DNA of 55,472 nt, filler included, from Dirinaria sp. TL-2023a (Eukaryota), in NCBI GenBank assembly GCA_051941275.1. It is 5 parts of 5 records of this genome, joined end to end, with 100 filler letters (N's around TTAATTAATTAA, not from the genome) between each part and the next. Parts side by side here need not be neighbours in the genome. Positions count along the whole stretch, not along the records: positions 22,278 to 33,308 come from JAVEBF010000882.1; positions 33,409 to 44,391 come from JAVEBF010000883.1; 3 more parts are not named here. One strand, 5' to 3'. Made by a program: the position numbers and the translations under genes. Shown here one piece after another: positions 24,799-36,746 of this stretch. Position 1 is the stretch's first letter. Every line of letters begins with the position of its first letter. The notes under the pieces are model-generated. The model was not told where the DNA came from. It searched no databases and saw only the letters and a list, made by a program, of their open reading frames with translations.

Positions 24799-25813
24799 AT
24801 GAGGGTCAATGGCAACTTAGGCCTTCTGGCGCTCCTAGCCACAATTATGACCACTGCGTATGGGCACGACGGTATCACAGTCGCTCCTCATAGGTACAAC
24901 AAACTACTACCGAGGCAAACGACGAGTGCAGCCCCAGCCGCCACCTCCTCTGCCGGAGTATGTAAAAGAGATAATGACCCACCACCTTACCTCGTTGTTC
25001 GTGAGCCGAAGCCACACCGCTTGGCCAAAAGGGTCGAGAAAAACATACCCGGTACGTTGAAACCACTTCTCATTTAATATCTCCCCAAACAAAATATCAA
25101 CCTTTTTTCCTCTAACGTTCATGATCAGGGACAAGCCCACTGGTATCGGCACTGAAAAATATCCCCAATTTCGCCAAATATGCTACCGGGATCGTCACGA
25201 ACCGCCTCGCGCACGGCGGTATACAGAAACACAGCATGGTGACCGGGTTGAAGGGTGTCTACGAGTTTAGCGGAAAATTGATCATCGACGGACAACAGAT
25301 GAAATCGCCTATGCCGTGGATCATTCGATGGGACTATGATCCGGACAAGCTGACGTAAGTTCCCATCCACATCCTCATCCCACTTCCGCCTGGTTATCTG
25401 TGTTATATCTGTCTATAACTCGAAGCCCCTTGCCATGATCTCCAAGGTCGCAAGGCTGCGTGGAACTCGCCCTAGTCCATTAGCAAGACTAATGTACCAA
25501 CCTGAACAGACACGTCAACGCCGAATTCGGCAAGGGCTCCGACAACCCTACATTCGCATACACCTTTGCCTCCAACACCGCCGAATACGGCATCAACTAC
25601 ATGTGGGACGCCGTCTCCAACCTCATCAAGTATGCCGAGTACGACGTCGGCACGTCCGCGTCGACGGGAACACCGAGCTTCGTGCCCGGAACCTCGGAGC
25701 AAGACGCCGTCAATGCCATTGCCGGGCTGTGGAACCAACTGTTGAATTATGGTTGCGGAGCGGGTGGGGTGCCGATTGATAATCCGTTGAACCCGAACGC
25801 GCCGCCGACTTAG
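24799..25813 (+). CDS. Secreted preproprotein with dibasic (Kex2-type) sites; candidate toxin/effector
   Basis: Signal peptide, CKR and LAKR sites; introns about 25052-25128 and 25355-25509 give a continuous frame including WIIRWDYDPDKLTHVNAEFGKG and ending NPNAPPT*. Confidence 0.78.
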
Positions 25814-26620
25814 CGCAGGTGAATTTTGAGCGTGCTGATGCTTTTTGCAATTTTGGGCATGGGATAATGAACCCGGGAATTCGATCTTGCGTTCATTTGA
25901 TCACTGAGACTATCTGTAGATCATCAAAAAGCGTATTTTCAGTGAATTACAACAATTAACGGTATATACCTGATGAATCTTTCTCCAAATTTTTTTCATA
26001 TAACTAGGAGTCTGCTTTCGAATGCTAGTATATGAAACCAATCAGATCTTGGCGCACTAGATGCTATTTTCTCCAGCGAAGTGCTTTCGATGCCTCATGC
26101 ACCAGAATTGTCAAAGGACTTATATTTGGCAGTCTTGAGCCTCTTCTGCGCCACATAGGAAATATATAAAAAGCCAAAACTGCATTCAAACGCTGTCTCT
26201 TACGCACCGGCTATTCTGCATCAGCAACTGCAAGTGGTGAGAATGGACTTTCAGCTTGTTGCTGTGCCACAAAGTATTGCGGCGGAGTTAGAACGGTGTT
26301 CTCTGCCTGGAGTTTCAATGACGCAAATCGACAGCCGATCTGCTGCTGTGAGTATTGCCGCCGATTTTGCAAGAGACAGGAAGCCAGAAGTTAATGTAAG
26401 GTGGTCGATGAGGGGTTTTTCGAATACTACCTCCATCAGTTGAGTTGTGGAATGAGGGTGCCTGCGTTAAGTTCCTGCAAGGGAACTAAATGTCGTGGTT
26501 GCCTGATACGCGGGACACGTGAGTGTATACTGTAGAGTAGGGGCAAGGAGGAAAAGGCATGAGGAAAACAGCGAACCGGCGACAAGAGTGTTTCCCAGCC
26601 AGGTAGCCACTCCAGCTGTG

Positions 26621-27230
26621 CTACAACTCAGAATACCATTCAACACCCAGTGTAATCTTGCACGGCAAGACATCGACGAAAAGCCTGCCCTTCGGGCTTC
26701 CAAGTTGAAAAGACATATCTCTCATGTCTTGCTCCAAATCCAACCAATCTCGCTGCAAAGGGCGTAGATCATACTTTAGCGCAAACAGTGCAATGAAGAC
26801 AGCAATGCCTTCTATCGCAAAATGCTTGCCCGGGCAGATCGTGGCTCCTCCTCCGAAGCCCCGATAAGCCGCAAGCGGCACTTTCGCCTTGTTTGAGGAT
26901 TTGTTGAATCTATCTTTGTCGAAAATATCGACAGATTCACCCCAGGTCCTTTCATCGAAATGGATTGTGCGGTTGGGAATGATCACGGTAGGGCCTTTTT
27001 CTCAGCAGGTACTGTTCGTGCAGAACGACGTCTTAACGGACCAGTCTTGGACCGATGCCCGTGGTGCGAAGCCGTATCACCTCCTGGATTATCGACTCAA
27101 TCTCCAGTGATTGTTGGCTTTTGAGAATGTTGATTTTTCTTCTTTCAACTCCTGCATGCCAGTATTGTGTTTGACTAGCTTTTCCTGCTTCCTGACTCGT
27201 GGTTTACAGGCTTCAAGCCTTGCAGCCCAT
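26621..27230 (-). pseudogene. Cytochrome P450 C-terminal fragment (pseudogene)
   Basis: K-helix IQEVIRL, heme motif GFGGGATICPGKHFA, FDKDRF; in-frame TAA at 27033-27035 and a frameshift near 26995; N-terminal part absent. Confidence 0.85.
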
Positions 27231-27244
27231 CCGTTGTTTTTAAA

Positions 27245-28528
27245 ACCATCCTTCCTTGAAATCGGCGCTTGGGTGATAGTTGAGCCTTTGTCTCGCTTTC
27301 TCAATCTGATAAGTATGCTCGAAACAAGCGAATATAATTTCCTGCCCGGCGAAAGTTGTAGGAAGCTGTTGCCCTAAACTGGAAATCCACCAAAATAGCT
27401 CAAAAATCAAAACCATGATATGAAGTAGCCAAGGGGCAAGTTTGAGAGGTTTTTACGTCTGTGGACGTTGCCAGCCAGCAGCCTCCCAAATAAGATGCGG
27501 ATAATCCCAGAACTTGTGTCTCTCTCCGTTCGTGATATTGCAAGTCTCGCCATCGAGCTTAGGTAGCGAAGGATCAGCGCGGTTGACAAGACGGTCATTC
27601 AGACCCGATCCTAAGAGGAAATGCGCATTGGCAGCGTTTTCGACGCTTAAGAAGTTGCATTCGTTATAGCCGTCTCCAAGAACGACGCCCGTTTGATTTC
27701 TCTCGAGCGCCCTTAGGCAGCCTGGAACGGATAGCAGATCCCTCTCCCCGGAGACCAAAGGCAGTCGGAGGCACGCGGTCAAGAGCACCTTTTCTCGTTT
27801 GTCTGTTGCAGTCGGATTATTTGCGTCAAGGGCCATTCTGTCTGCGATGGCTTTGCACTTTCCGTAAGGGTGCGCCCAGATATCATTATGTTCAATCAAG
27901 GGAGCCGATTCGTCAAGATTCTTGTGCTCCGAGCCAGCAGCTACCGTAGTCGAAGAGACATAAATGAATATCTTAACTGATTCAACGGTGCGAGAGATGT
28001 CAAGCAATGTCCTCGTTCCTCCGACGATGGTCTTGTGGTGAGTCTTGATATGGCTGGATGTCGACGGTGGGCACGCAGCGTGAATAATGATCTCCGGACG
28101 AATCTCGGTCACAGTTTTGCGCAAAGATTCGGGGCATAACAAATCGCCAGTATGATAGGAAACTCCAGGTATCATGTCCTGGTAAGGATCCCGACTTAGT
28201 GTCGAGGTAGGTCTGACGTCAATGGGGCAGGCAGCATCGGCATGTATGATGGTCAACTTGCATGCTTATTATTAAAAGAGGAAGGATGCCAGTGTGGCCT
28301 AAATACCTTACATGATAATAATACGCTAGCGGCCCTAAGGATAAGTCCCGAGGTATAGCCGAGAAGATCCCGAGGTCTAGCCGAAAGATAACTGCAACCT
28401 CCAACACTTAGAACGGCTATCGAGCTGCATTTTGCTTTCTCTTGGAAGCATTTGGTGATATGGTGACCCACGAAACCAGCGCCCCCTACAACTAGCACAC
28501 GGCCGAATATCGTATTCAATTCTTCCAT
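27245..28528 (-). pseudogene. 3-beta-hydroxysteroid dehydrogenase / ERG26-like extended SDR, disrupted
   Basis: VLVVGGAGFVGHHI Rossmann motif, YVSST, catalytic YGKCK, C-terminal IEKARQRLNYHP; interrupted by the insertion at 28200-28406 and frameshifted/stopped near 27453. Confidence 0.85.
28200..28406. mobile_element. Solo-LTR-like insertion (207 bp) with 5-bp target-site duplication CTTAG
   Basis: CTTAG(28195-28199)|TGTCGAGGTAG...CAACCTCCAACA|CTTAG(28407-28411); TG...CA ends with imperfect inverted termini; removing it plus one TSD restores IAVLS-RDPYQ in frame. Confidence 0.85.
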
Positions 28529-29688
28529 TTCCTTCACTTGTGGAGAAATGCACCAGTGTGCTATGAGAATGGAAGAATAAAGCACAGGACTGTCGATGAG
28601 CGGGGCAGGAACTGTTAGCTAAGGTACAGTATTTTGAGGGTGCATAAGCGCGGGTCCCTTGTTTCCGCTGCTCCCCAGCTCCCCCGCTTATCCTACCTTA
28701 CCTTAGGACAAGAAGCCCTGATTAGGACTGCATCAGTACGCGTACTGTAAAGAGCTTGCAGATCATGCAAAATCGATGCAATGACAGACTCCTCATTCTT
28801 CTTGCGCGCCGCAACAAGCTGGCTCGCTCGATCAATGCCACCAATGGGTGCGGTCGACTCAAATTTACTCGAGGGACCGCCCAAATGTGACAGTGACCAC
28901 CAGGGCGTGCCGACTTGCTTTGGCTCGATTGGGGCTGTTGTAAGTACAGTACATGTACCAGTACATAATCACGTGGACAACTAAGGTAAGGCAGTCTTGG
29001 CCCACAGAGCGCTAGTCAGAACTTTTGACGTCAACCTCCGGCCAACGCTCTTGCGCATGCAAAATCTTCCTGTAGTAAGTCTAATCTGGTGTGAATGCCT
29101 GATCGCCTTGTTTTTTTCCGTTGACATGCATGAAGTATATGCGCTACGAAAAGACGATGTATATGCCAAAGCATTCAGATAATTCTGATTAAGCCAGGCT
29201 ATCAAAGCGAGAACGCGGCTCAGCAGCAACATAAATGAGAAGGTTCAAGCTTGCAGATCCTTTGTTTTGATAGATCTCACTGTGCATACATGTCACGATA
29301 ACGGGACGGAGATCATTTCCTAACTTGATTTCCGTGGTTGCCTGGTCGCATCGCTTTGATACAAGGATGCAGTCCAGCAGGCCCCGATAAGGATAGAAGG
29401 TGTCATGATTGTAGCAGCACTGGTATTGTGAACCGTGCCTGCATGCACCTCACCGCGATAACATCGAGAACACCTCGCTCCTCGGTGTGTATGGTTGCCT
29501 TATTCCTGTGCATTCAGGCGAGAATGCGACTCAGCGGCATCAGATTTGCATAGGAGCCGTCAAACTCACGGGTCCAACGATTTCTCGGCTCCAATTCGCA
29601 TGGAATTCGTTTTGGTGATGGGTAGCACGACGCGCTGTCTTTAAAGCTTGCTTCCTTCCGGAGACATGGATCACCGTCAATTTGATTC

Positions 29689-31262
29689 ATGTCGACCTCC
29701 TCCGATATGTCTTCACAAAACCTGCCAAATCTTTCAGACCTCACTCCACAAGAGCTGCAAACTCTAGCAAATACACCAGCAGGTCCAACGCCTCATGGCA
29801 CCACTCCTGATTTTAGTGATCCGCAAACAAATTATGGTCCTTTGTACTCAGTATCATCGCTGCTGCTAGCCTTATCAATTATTTTTGCCAGCAGCCGTAT
29901 TTACCAGAAGTTGAGGGTCATTCGGAAGCCTACTATCGATGATAGTATGTCTGAATGAGTCTACGACCTTGCAGGCCGACTGACTGATATTTCAACAGTA
30001 ACTCTGCTTGTGGGCTTTGTAAGACCTATTCAAGTACTAATACTTGGAGATCTTGATTGACTTGGGCTGTGGTCGCAGTTTGGAGCAGTTGCTTATTATG
30101 TAGCATGTATTTGGGGTAAGTCGAACAAAGCGAGGTTACGGTTTAAACTCTGATTAAACCAGGTGTTAAATATGGGAAGTTCGGGCGACACATTTGGGAC
30201 ATCAGCATGCTGCAAGCAGCCAGCCTGGACTTGCTAGTCGTAAGTTGATTCCACTGTGGAATAAAATCAATTACGGAGTCTATTCTTACTCGCAATAGCC
30301 GGCTTACCTTTCCAGCGTTCTGACACCGCCGACCATGCTTTTCACAAAGGTGACATTCTTCATAATGTACCTTAGTATCTTCGGACAGTGGCGCTGGATG
30401 AGAATTGCCGCCACCTTGGGCGGTAGCGTCACAGTGATCTTCTATACTGCAATGACCGCAAGCATGTTTGCCTTTTCGACACCTGGGCGACATGAGACAT
30501 GGGTAGAACATCAATATAGCCGCGGACTGAGGCTTGCCGCACGATTTGGACCAGCCCAATCTGCCGTTGGGCTTGGGATCGACTTTTACGTGCTGGTGCT
30601 CCCATTCATTGGGGTCTCAAAGCTACAAATGCCCTTTCCCCGGAAAGTTGGGGTCACTGTCATCTTCATGAGCGCTATACTGTATGGAATCTCCCTCTCC
30701 CCAAATCCGGGTGCGTTATCACCTTGGCGGAACACTGACTTCAACAGAGCATGCTTAGGCTCGATACTGAGCCTCATTTATCGATTGAGACTTGCTGCAA
30801 CATATGATACGACATGGCTTGCAACCCCCGTCTTCATCACAACGTAAGTAGTCTGATTTGATGATACACGGAAGTCTAGGCCTGATTTCCCCATCTCACA
30901 GCCTCCTAGAACTACAGGTGGGAATCATGATTGCGTGTATGCCCGCAATGAGCCTCACATGCCGACACCTCGGTCCTACATACGGCGAAATCAAGAGTAA
31001 ACTCTCACGCTACTATAATACTCGTCTATTTTCAATTACAAGATCAAAGGAGTCGAAGACTCACAAGGACACTCTCGCTGATGTCATTGAGCTTTACGAC
31101 GGCGGCGGCGCAAAGTCCGGTCATCCCACGAACAAGGACCAGTACGAAATTTCAAGCACGGTACCAGCAAGAAGTCCAGGTTCCAATATTGGTAAACATA
31201 GCCACACCGCTACCGAAACAGACACTAGCCAATTGATTCACGGTACGCATTGGTACAGCTAA
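29689..31262 (+). CDS. Pth11-like GPCR / fungal rhodopsin-domain integral membrane protein
   Basis: PAGPTPHGTTPDFSDP N-terminus, first TM helix then IDD, FGRHIWDI, FTKVTFFIMYLSIF, IDFYVLVLPF, LELQVGIMIACMP; many short introns, exon borders approximate. Confidence 0.85.
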
Positions 31263-31909
31263 CGCAGGAGGAGTTGAGTTGACAAGGCCTAAGTGAAGAT
31301 TTGGACTCAATCACATGCTGGTGGTGTGTTGGATGGCAAAGATATAGATTGAGTTTACCGTGTTTGTATCGTCACATCTGGCCAGGCTCTCCTACTATAT
31401 ACGCGTTTTTTCCATACTTGTCAAGTACGTCTATCCATGCTATCTTCGGACGAAGGTCAACCAACGATGTCCTTCACCAATAGCTTCGCCGAAATGCTGT
31501 CTTCATGCGAGTCTTGCTAGGCATTCGTCAAAGACCTTGAACCTTGGTTAGATAGGTTTCCCATGGTAAAAGTCCCGTCAGCGACTTGGTTGCCTATCTT
31601 ACTACTTGGTGTTGCAGGGTCGTAACAGCATTACGCTCCGCATTCAACGCCGATGTAGACAGTACTCTGGCTCCGAACTAGTATAATCACCACGCATAAT
31701 ATTTACTGCATGGTTTGCACCGTGATCCGGATTTGGAGGTTGTTTTTTCTAAAGTAATGTATAAACGTCGTACCTATAATACAAGCTTACCAATCGCCAC
31801 ACTCTACTCGGCATGCAAACCCCCCTCCCCCCAGAGAGCGATAATCGATATTAAGATAGTATAATACCCTCTTTGTTTCTTAAATAAGCTCACCTTCCCG
31901 AATGAAACG

Positions 31910-31942
<33 letters not shown>

Positions 31943-33308
31943 TACCGCTCTCGCGGGGCCCAAAAAAACCCGGAAATCTCGACACCCCCGACATATATTT
32001 GATGTACCAACTGAATAACTTCAAAATGCTTTTTCAAGAGCAACTTCCAACAATAATTAATATTGAGTCTTACTCTCGTCACATAATCGCTCTACACCAA
32101 GGTACTCACAACATCACTCTCTTCCTTCGCTTAATACTTCATATTTCGCGTGATATTGTATCTCGATCTTTTTGATGCTTCTTCGCATTCATGTATATTA
32201 TAAGCGTATTTTTAAGTACTTCAGATCATCTTAGGAACTAATTCAAAAAGAGGCAGAATATATAATGATAAAGTATCAAGAATCATCACGATCGTCACTT
32301 CAACTCCATTCTACTGCCACATCATTTACTCTGTCACGTCTCGCTCCTAACTTATTGTTGCTTTCAACTACTAGTGCCCCTCTCTCTCTCTCAAGTTTTT
32401 TCCCTTTACGTTTTCAAGCTCCTTTAACGATTTATGGCATTTGAGGACGACATGTTCCTGAAGAGTGAAGGGATCAGTTTTGATCGTCACATCTCGTGAA
32501 AAGCCGGCGTTGCTTTGAAAAATACTCGTATCTCTGTCAGAGCAAAGAGCAAGATCAATGGCATGAGATAGCAGTGTAGAGAGAATTAAATCGTGGCGGG
32601 TGCCTAGTTTCTCATTGAATTTTTCATCTGTGAGCTACTACTCTCCCAGCTTATGAAGAAAGTTTTTTTTTTTTCAATAGTTTTCAGCACATATACGCCC
32701 ACTTATCCTTTTCCAAACCTCTCCAAACCTCATAAGAATATTAAAAATTCTCCTGTTCGTCCACAACAATACGACCCCAGAATATACCATCCCCCAACTT
32801 GCCCAACAAGCGATTGTTCTTCGATCAATCGCCAGCCAATGCCGCTTTCAACCCGAATATACGATAAGATCAACACTCGGATTCGGATCTTGACGACTTC
32901 CGATTGACAACCGCCTGTTGAAGGATCGTGAAGAAACTACGTCTCATCGCTCAAGCAGCGAAGTGGGCGCGGCGTTCTTTTCGCAAGTGATTGTAGGTTT
33001 CAAATCCGACAAGAAGACCTTGACAATTTGATTTCTCGAAATGCTCTTGCAATTGAGGCTTCGCATATCAAGAATCTTCCCATGCTGTTGATCTGGACTC
33101 GCTGTACCTCTTATACGGAACTGGCGGCAAGAGCTAACTCCAGTCAGATTCAATTAATAAGTGGCACACAAACCTGATTATACCCAGCACAACGTAAGCT
33201 CAAGTGCAGCCGATACCTTTCCGGTATAGATGAAGAGGCCCCAAATTTCCTGAGTTTCAGATTTAGTCCACCTCCACAGTTCAAAGATTCTTCCATGCTT
33301 CGCAGCCC

Positions 33309-33408
33309 NNNNNNNNNNNNNNNNNNNNNNNNNNNNNNNNNNNNNNNNNNNNTTAATTAATTAANNNNNNNNNNNNNNNNNNNNNNNNNNNNNNNNNNNN
33401 NNNNNNNN
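33309..33408. other. Artificial contig linker
   Basis: N-run, TTAATTAATTAA, N-run. Confidence 0.98.
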
Positions 33409-34447
33409 CTTCAAGGGCAAAGTGAACGGGAATGCCTGGAAATGCACGCGCGTTAAGCGCAACAACCAGGACATGGGCTCGCTGTTTGAAATCCGCGAAG
33501 AGCATTTTGTCTACAAAAGGGCAAAGTAGGAGTTCCGTATGCGCGAGAGAGAGGAAGCGAAGTGCTTATCAAGTTTGTAGTTGACATCTGACCAGGCGTT
33601 CGGGAGCGAGGAAAGATACCCCACACAGCGGTAACCAAGCATAGAAGCGTTCAACATTTCGATCCAATTCCAGGTTTCAAGCAGAGCTCGGTTCACGGGA
33701 TGGTGAGACTTAATCTTATATATTTACTCTCTTTGTACTCTCGTTCTGCGTACCAGGGTTCAATGATTTGTAGGACCCCGGTAAGGTCCATGCGTAACAT
33801 CTAACTCCGTACTGTAGATGGTGCCAAGGCCCGGCCCGGGCAGGACGGATACCCCTTGCAGACTAGCTTGACGATCTAGCCAGATCGCGGAGAAACACGC
33901 GACAAAGCAAGACTTCATGCAGTAAAGACTGTAAAGTAAGGTATGTACGATATGTTGTAAGTAGGTATCTTGATGTAAGGCTTACATTAACGTACATTAG
34001 AGACATGTGGTCAATCGACCAGGGGGCGACCAGGGGGCCCAAGGCTGACAACTGGTGGTCTCGTTGGTCTAGACACGCCAAAGCACCACCATCCCGAACA
34101 CCATCTCTTCTACCTCCGTCTCCCCCCTAAGGCCGTAACCCAGTTGATCCAGTCGTCTCTCCACGATTCGCCCATGCCTGCCTAAACAGCATCCAGATTA
34201 GGTTACGAATCGCAGACATGGCGAGGCTGTCGGCTTGGCTTCCTGACTTGCAGACAATAATGATAATATCACTTGAGTCGGGTCTGGCGCCATCTATGGG
34301 GGGGAAGGGAAAAGGCCGTCGTATCGTAAGGTACATCATGACTGAATTCCTCTTCTCTTCCATCCCTCCCGTAGACACTGCTACTGCCAATCGTGCTTTG
34401 CTTGCGAGCACCTCAATCCTCAGCGCTGCGTTCGAATTCCAGCAGCC

Positions 34448-35869
34448 ATGTCACCATCTGTTGCCTGGGCCATTGCACTGCTCAGCAGCCTTCAGCCTTG
34501 TCTCGCCATGCCATGGATAGGACCAATGGAGACCCCAATAGGCCTGATGGCTTCCGCAGGGATTACTCCTATGCCCACCGAAGCTCCTGGTCTGAATGGT
34601 ATACCAAAGGAGCTCAAACCGCGACAGAATGCCCTCACCTACCCCCCTCCCAAAAACTGGTGTGGCCTAATTGGGGGCTTGACAAGTGCGCGACGACTGT
34701 AGACATTGATGACGAAAACCATGCTAAATTTTGGATACAGACAATATTCTATCCTGCTCAACAAGCCTGTCTTGCGTTCTTGACAATACAGCCGGCGCGG
34801 CCGGATGTTGTCCAGCTACTGATGGCCTATGCACGGGAATCCACACAACTTGCTATGGTTATTATGATACCTGCACCGGTGCCTGCGCGGCCGATACTAG
34901 TATCCTCAAATGGTAAACTTCGCCTTGACTCTGACCATGTTTGACTATCCACTAATCATACCCTGAACCATTAGCCCCGGACTGTTGCCGTATTGCGGTA
35001 CCTACTCCTTCGACGGCACGAACGGTGGAACCTATCTCTACAATTGCCAGGCAACGAGCATGTTATTCGAATCCTCTGTCGAGTTTCTGGCCGACTATTA
35101 TCTTACCGCTATCGGTTCCACGCTTATTTCCGCTTCCAACTCCTTCCCTTCCAGAACCACTGGTTCGGCTGCCACCGCAAACACAGGCTTGAACGTACAG
35201 CCTACATCTTCATTCACCACGAGTTCTGATGACGACAGCACTGGCCTCGCAGCAGCCGCTATCGGAGGTATCGCCGCGGGGGTGGGCTTACTCGTTTGCT
35301 TCGTTGCTGGCCTGATCATCTTTTTCTGCCTCCGCTCCCGGAAACGCAAGCGGATCGCTGCTTCGCAAAGTATGGCCGGACATGCACCGCCAACATATCA
35401 GTCACCCCCAGTGATGCAGCAGCCGCAGCAGCAGCAGCAACAGACTGAAGCCCAGCCTATCCCTCAAAAAGATGATCAGTTTCAAGGTTCGCCCAATCAG
35501 CAACCCCCCCAATTTGGGTATTTTGGCGGCCCCACGGATCCCGTGAAGGATGGCGTATACTCTCATGTCTCCCCTGTAGCATCACCGTCACCCAGCAACA
35601 TGACGCCCCGGCCATTTTCAACGGTCAGCAGCCAGCACCCAGGTGAGCAACGGCCGGCTAGCGTAAGCCCACCAATCCCTGAGAATGTGGGCCAAGGTTA
35701 CTATAAGCCGCCCAACTCTTCAACGACGGCGGAGGTGGATGGTACACAAGGAAACCGCGGCGTTCCACAGGGGCAGCAACCTGGGAGGATGGAGGTTGAC
35801 GGGACGCAAGGTAATCCAGGCGTTCCACACGATCAGCACCAGTACAGAGGCCCTTATGAGATGCGCTAA
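34448..35869 (+). CDS. Type I single-pass membrane protein with Cys-rich ectodomain, Ser/Thr stalk and Pro/Gln-rich cytoplasmic tail
   Basis: Signal peptide, Cys-rich exons (WCG..CSTSLSC..GCC..TTC), TM AIGGIAAGVGLLVCFVAGLIIFFCL followed by RSRKRKR; introns about 34686-34740 and 34913-34973. Confidence 0.82.
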
Positions 35870-36746
35870 ATAGCTTCCGGTACAGGACTTTGTGCAGTTC
35901 GTGAGTGGTGTGGCTTCTGAAGGCGTTTTGGCTTGGGATGGGTCGGAAAGAGGGCAACTGGGTGATTGGCAGTGGGCGGATCTAATATTGCGTGCGCGCA
36001 GGGTCACTCAAGGGTATTGGGCTGCCTTGGATTTCGAGAAGGATAATCCATGACTACGCATTTAATATATCTGTTGAATTTGAAGCACGGAGCTGCGCAG
36101 TCCACGACAGCTGAGGCTGGCATATAAAGAGCAAAGCGTAGAATTGATAGCCCGCAAATGAGCGTAAAGCCATCCTACTTGTCCAGTAGAAGATGTGATT
36201 GCCCTGTCACAATACCCTACCAAAGGCTCCAGCCTCCCTTCATCGATAGTGGTGGTACTTACTCGAGCTACTTGTTCGAGCCTGCGAGCCTTGCGAGGTA
36301 CTCGTTCGTAAGGTAAGGTACGCTTCGATCTCTTGGTCGGGGCTTTGGGAGAGGACTGAATGACGGTCATATCCGGACAGATGCATCCGCTGATCGCCAA
36401 GGGAATGACTAATGCGCTTTTCCCACCGCGACGCGATATTTGGTCCGATCTTGCAGCGTATCAATTGCGAAGATATCATGGATAAGCTTTGAATCGTTGC
36501 TTCGTGCGCTACAGCTGCAAGGTGTGAACATGCTCGCTTCCATTGGGCTTGACGAACACGGTCCATATAGCGCGCATCCTTCTACGCTTACGAAACTGTA
36601 AAGTCCGTTCCACTGTTGTCCACCTTCGATCGGCTCTTTCAATATGGCGGCTGCTCATTTGTGTAATCTTCAAGCTCACCATCTCACCTGTTCTTCCATT
36701 GCAGGGGTTGCATGTGTTGCCTCAAGGGCTGCGAGACGAGGATCAT

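Noticed and set aside
28195..28407. Solo-LTR insertion rescued by splicing (GT formed at the left junction on the minus strand, AG in the TSD)
   Set aside because: That intron would remove 213 nt against 212 inserted, leaving a frameshift; the gene also has downstream lesions
31800..33308. AT-rich stretch as a possible RIP-degraded transposon or pseudogene
   Set aside because: No transposase/RT motifs, terminal repeats or coherent reading frame could be recognised by eye
36543..36746. 68-aa N-terminal extension of ABZ1 in the ORF track
   Set aside because: Starts at a TTG; the first ATG at 36747/36750 sits just before the conserved amidotransferase start
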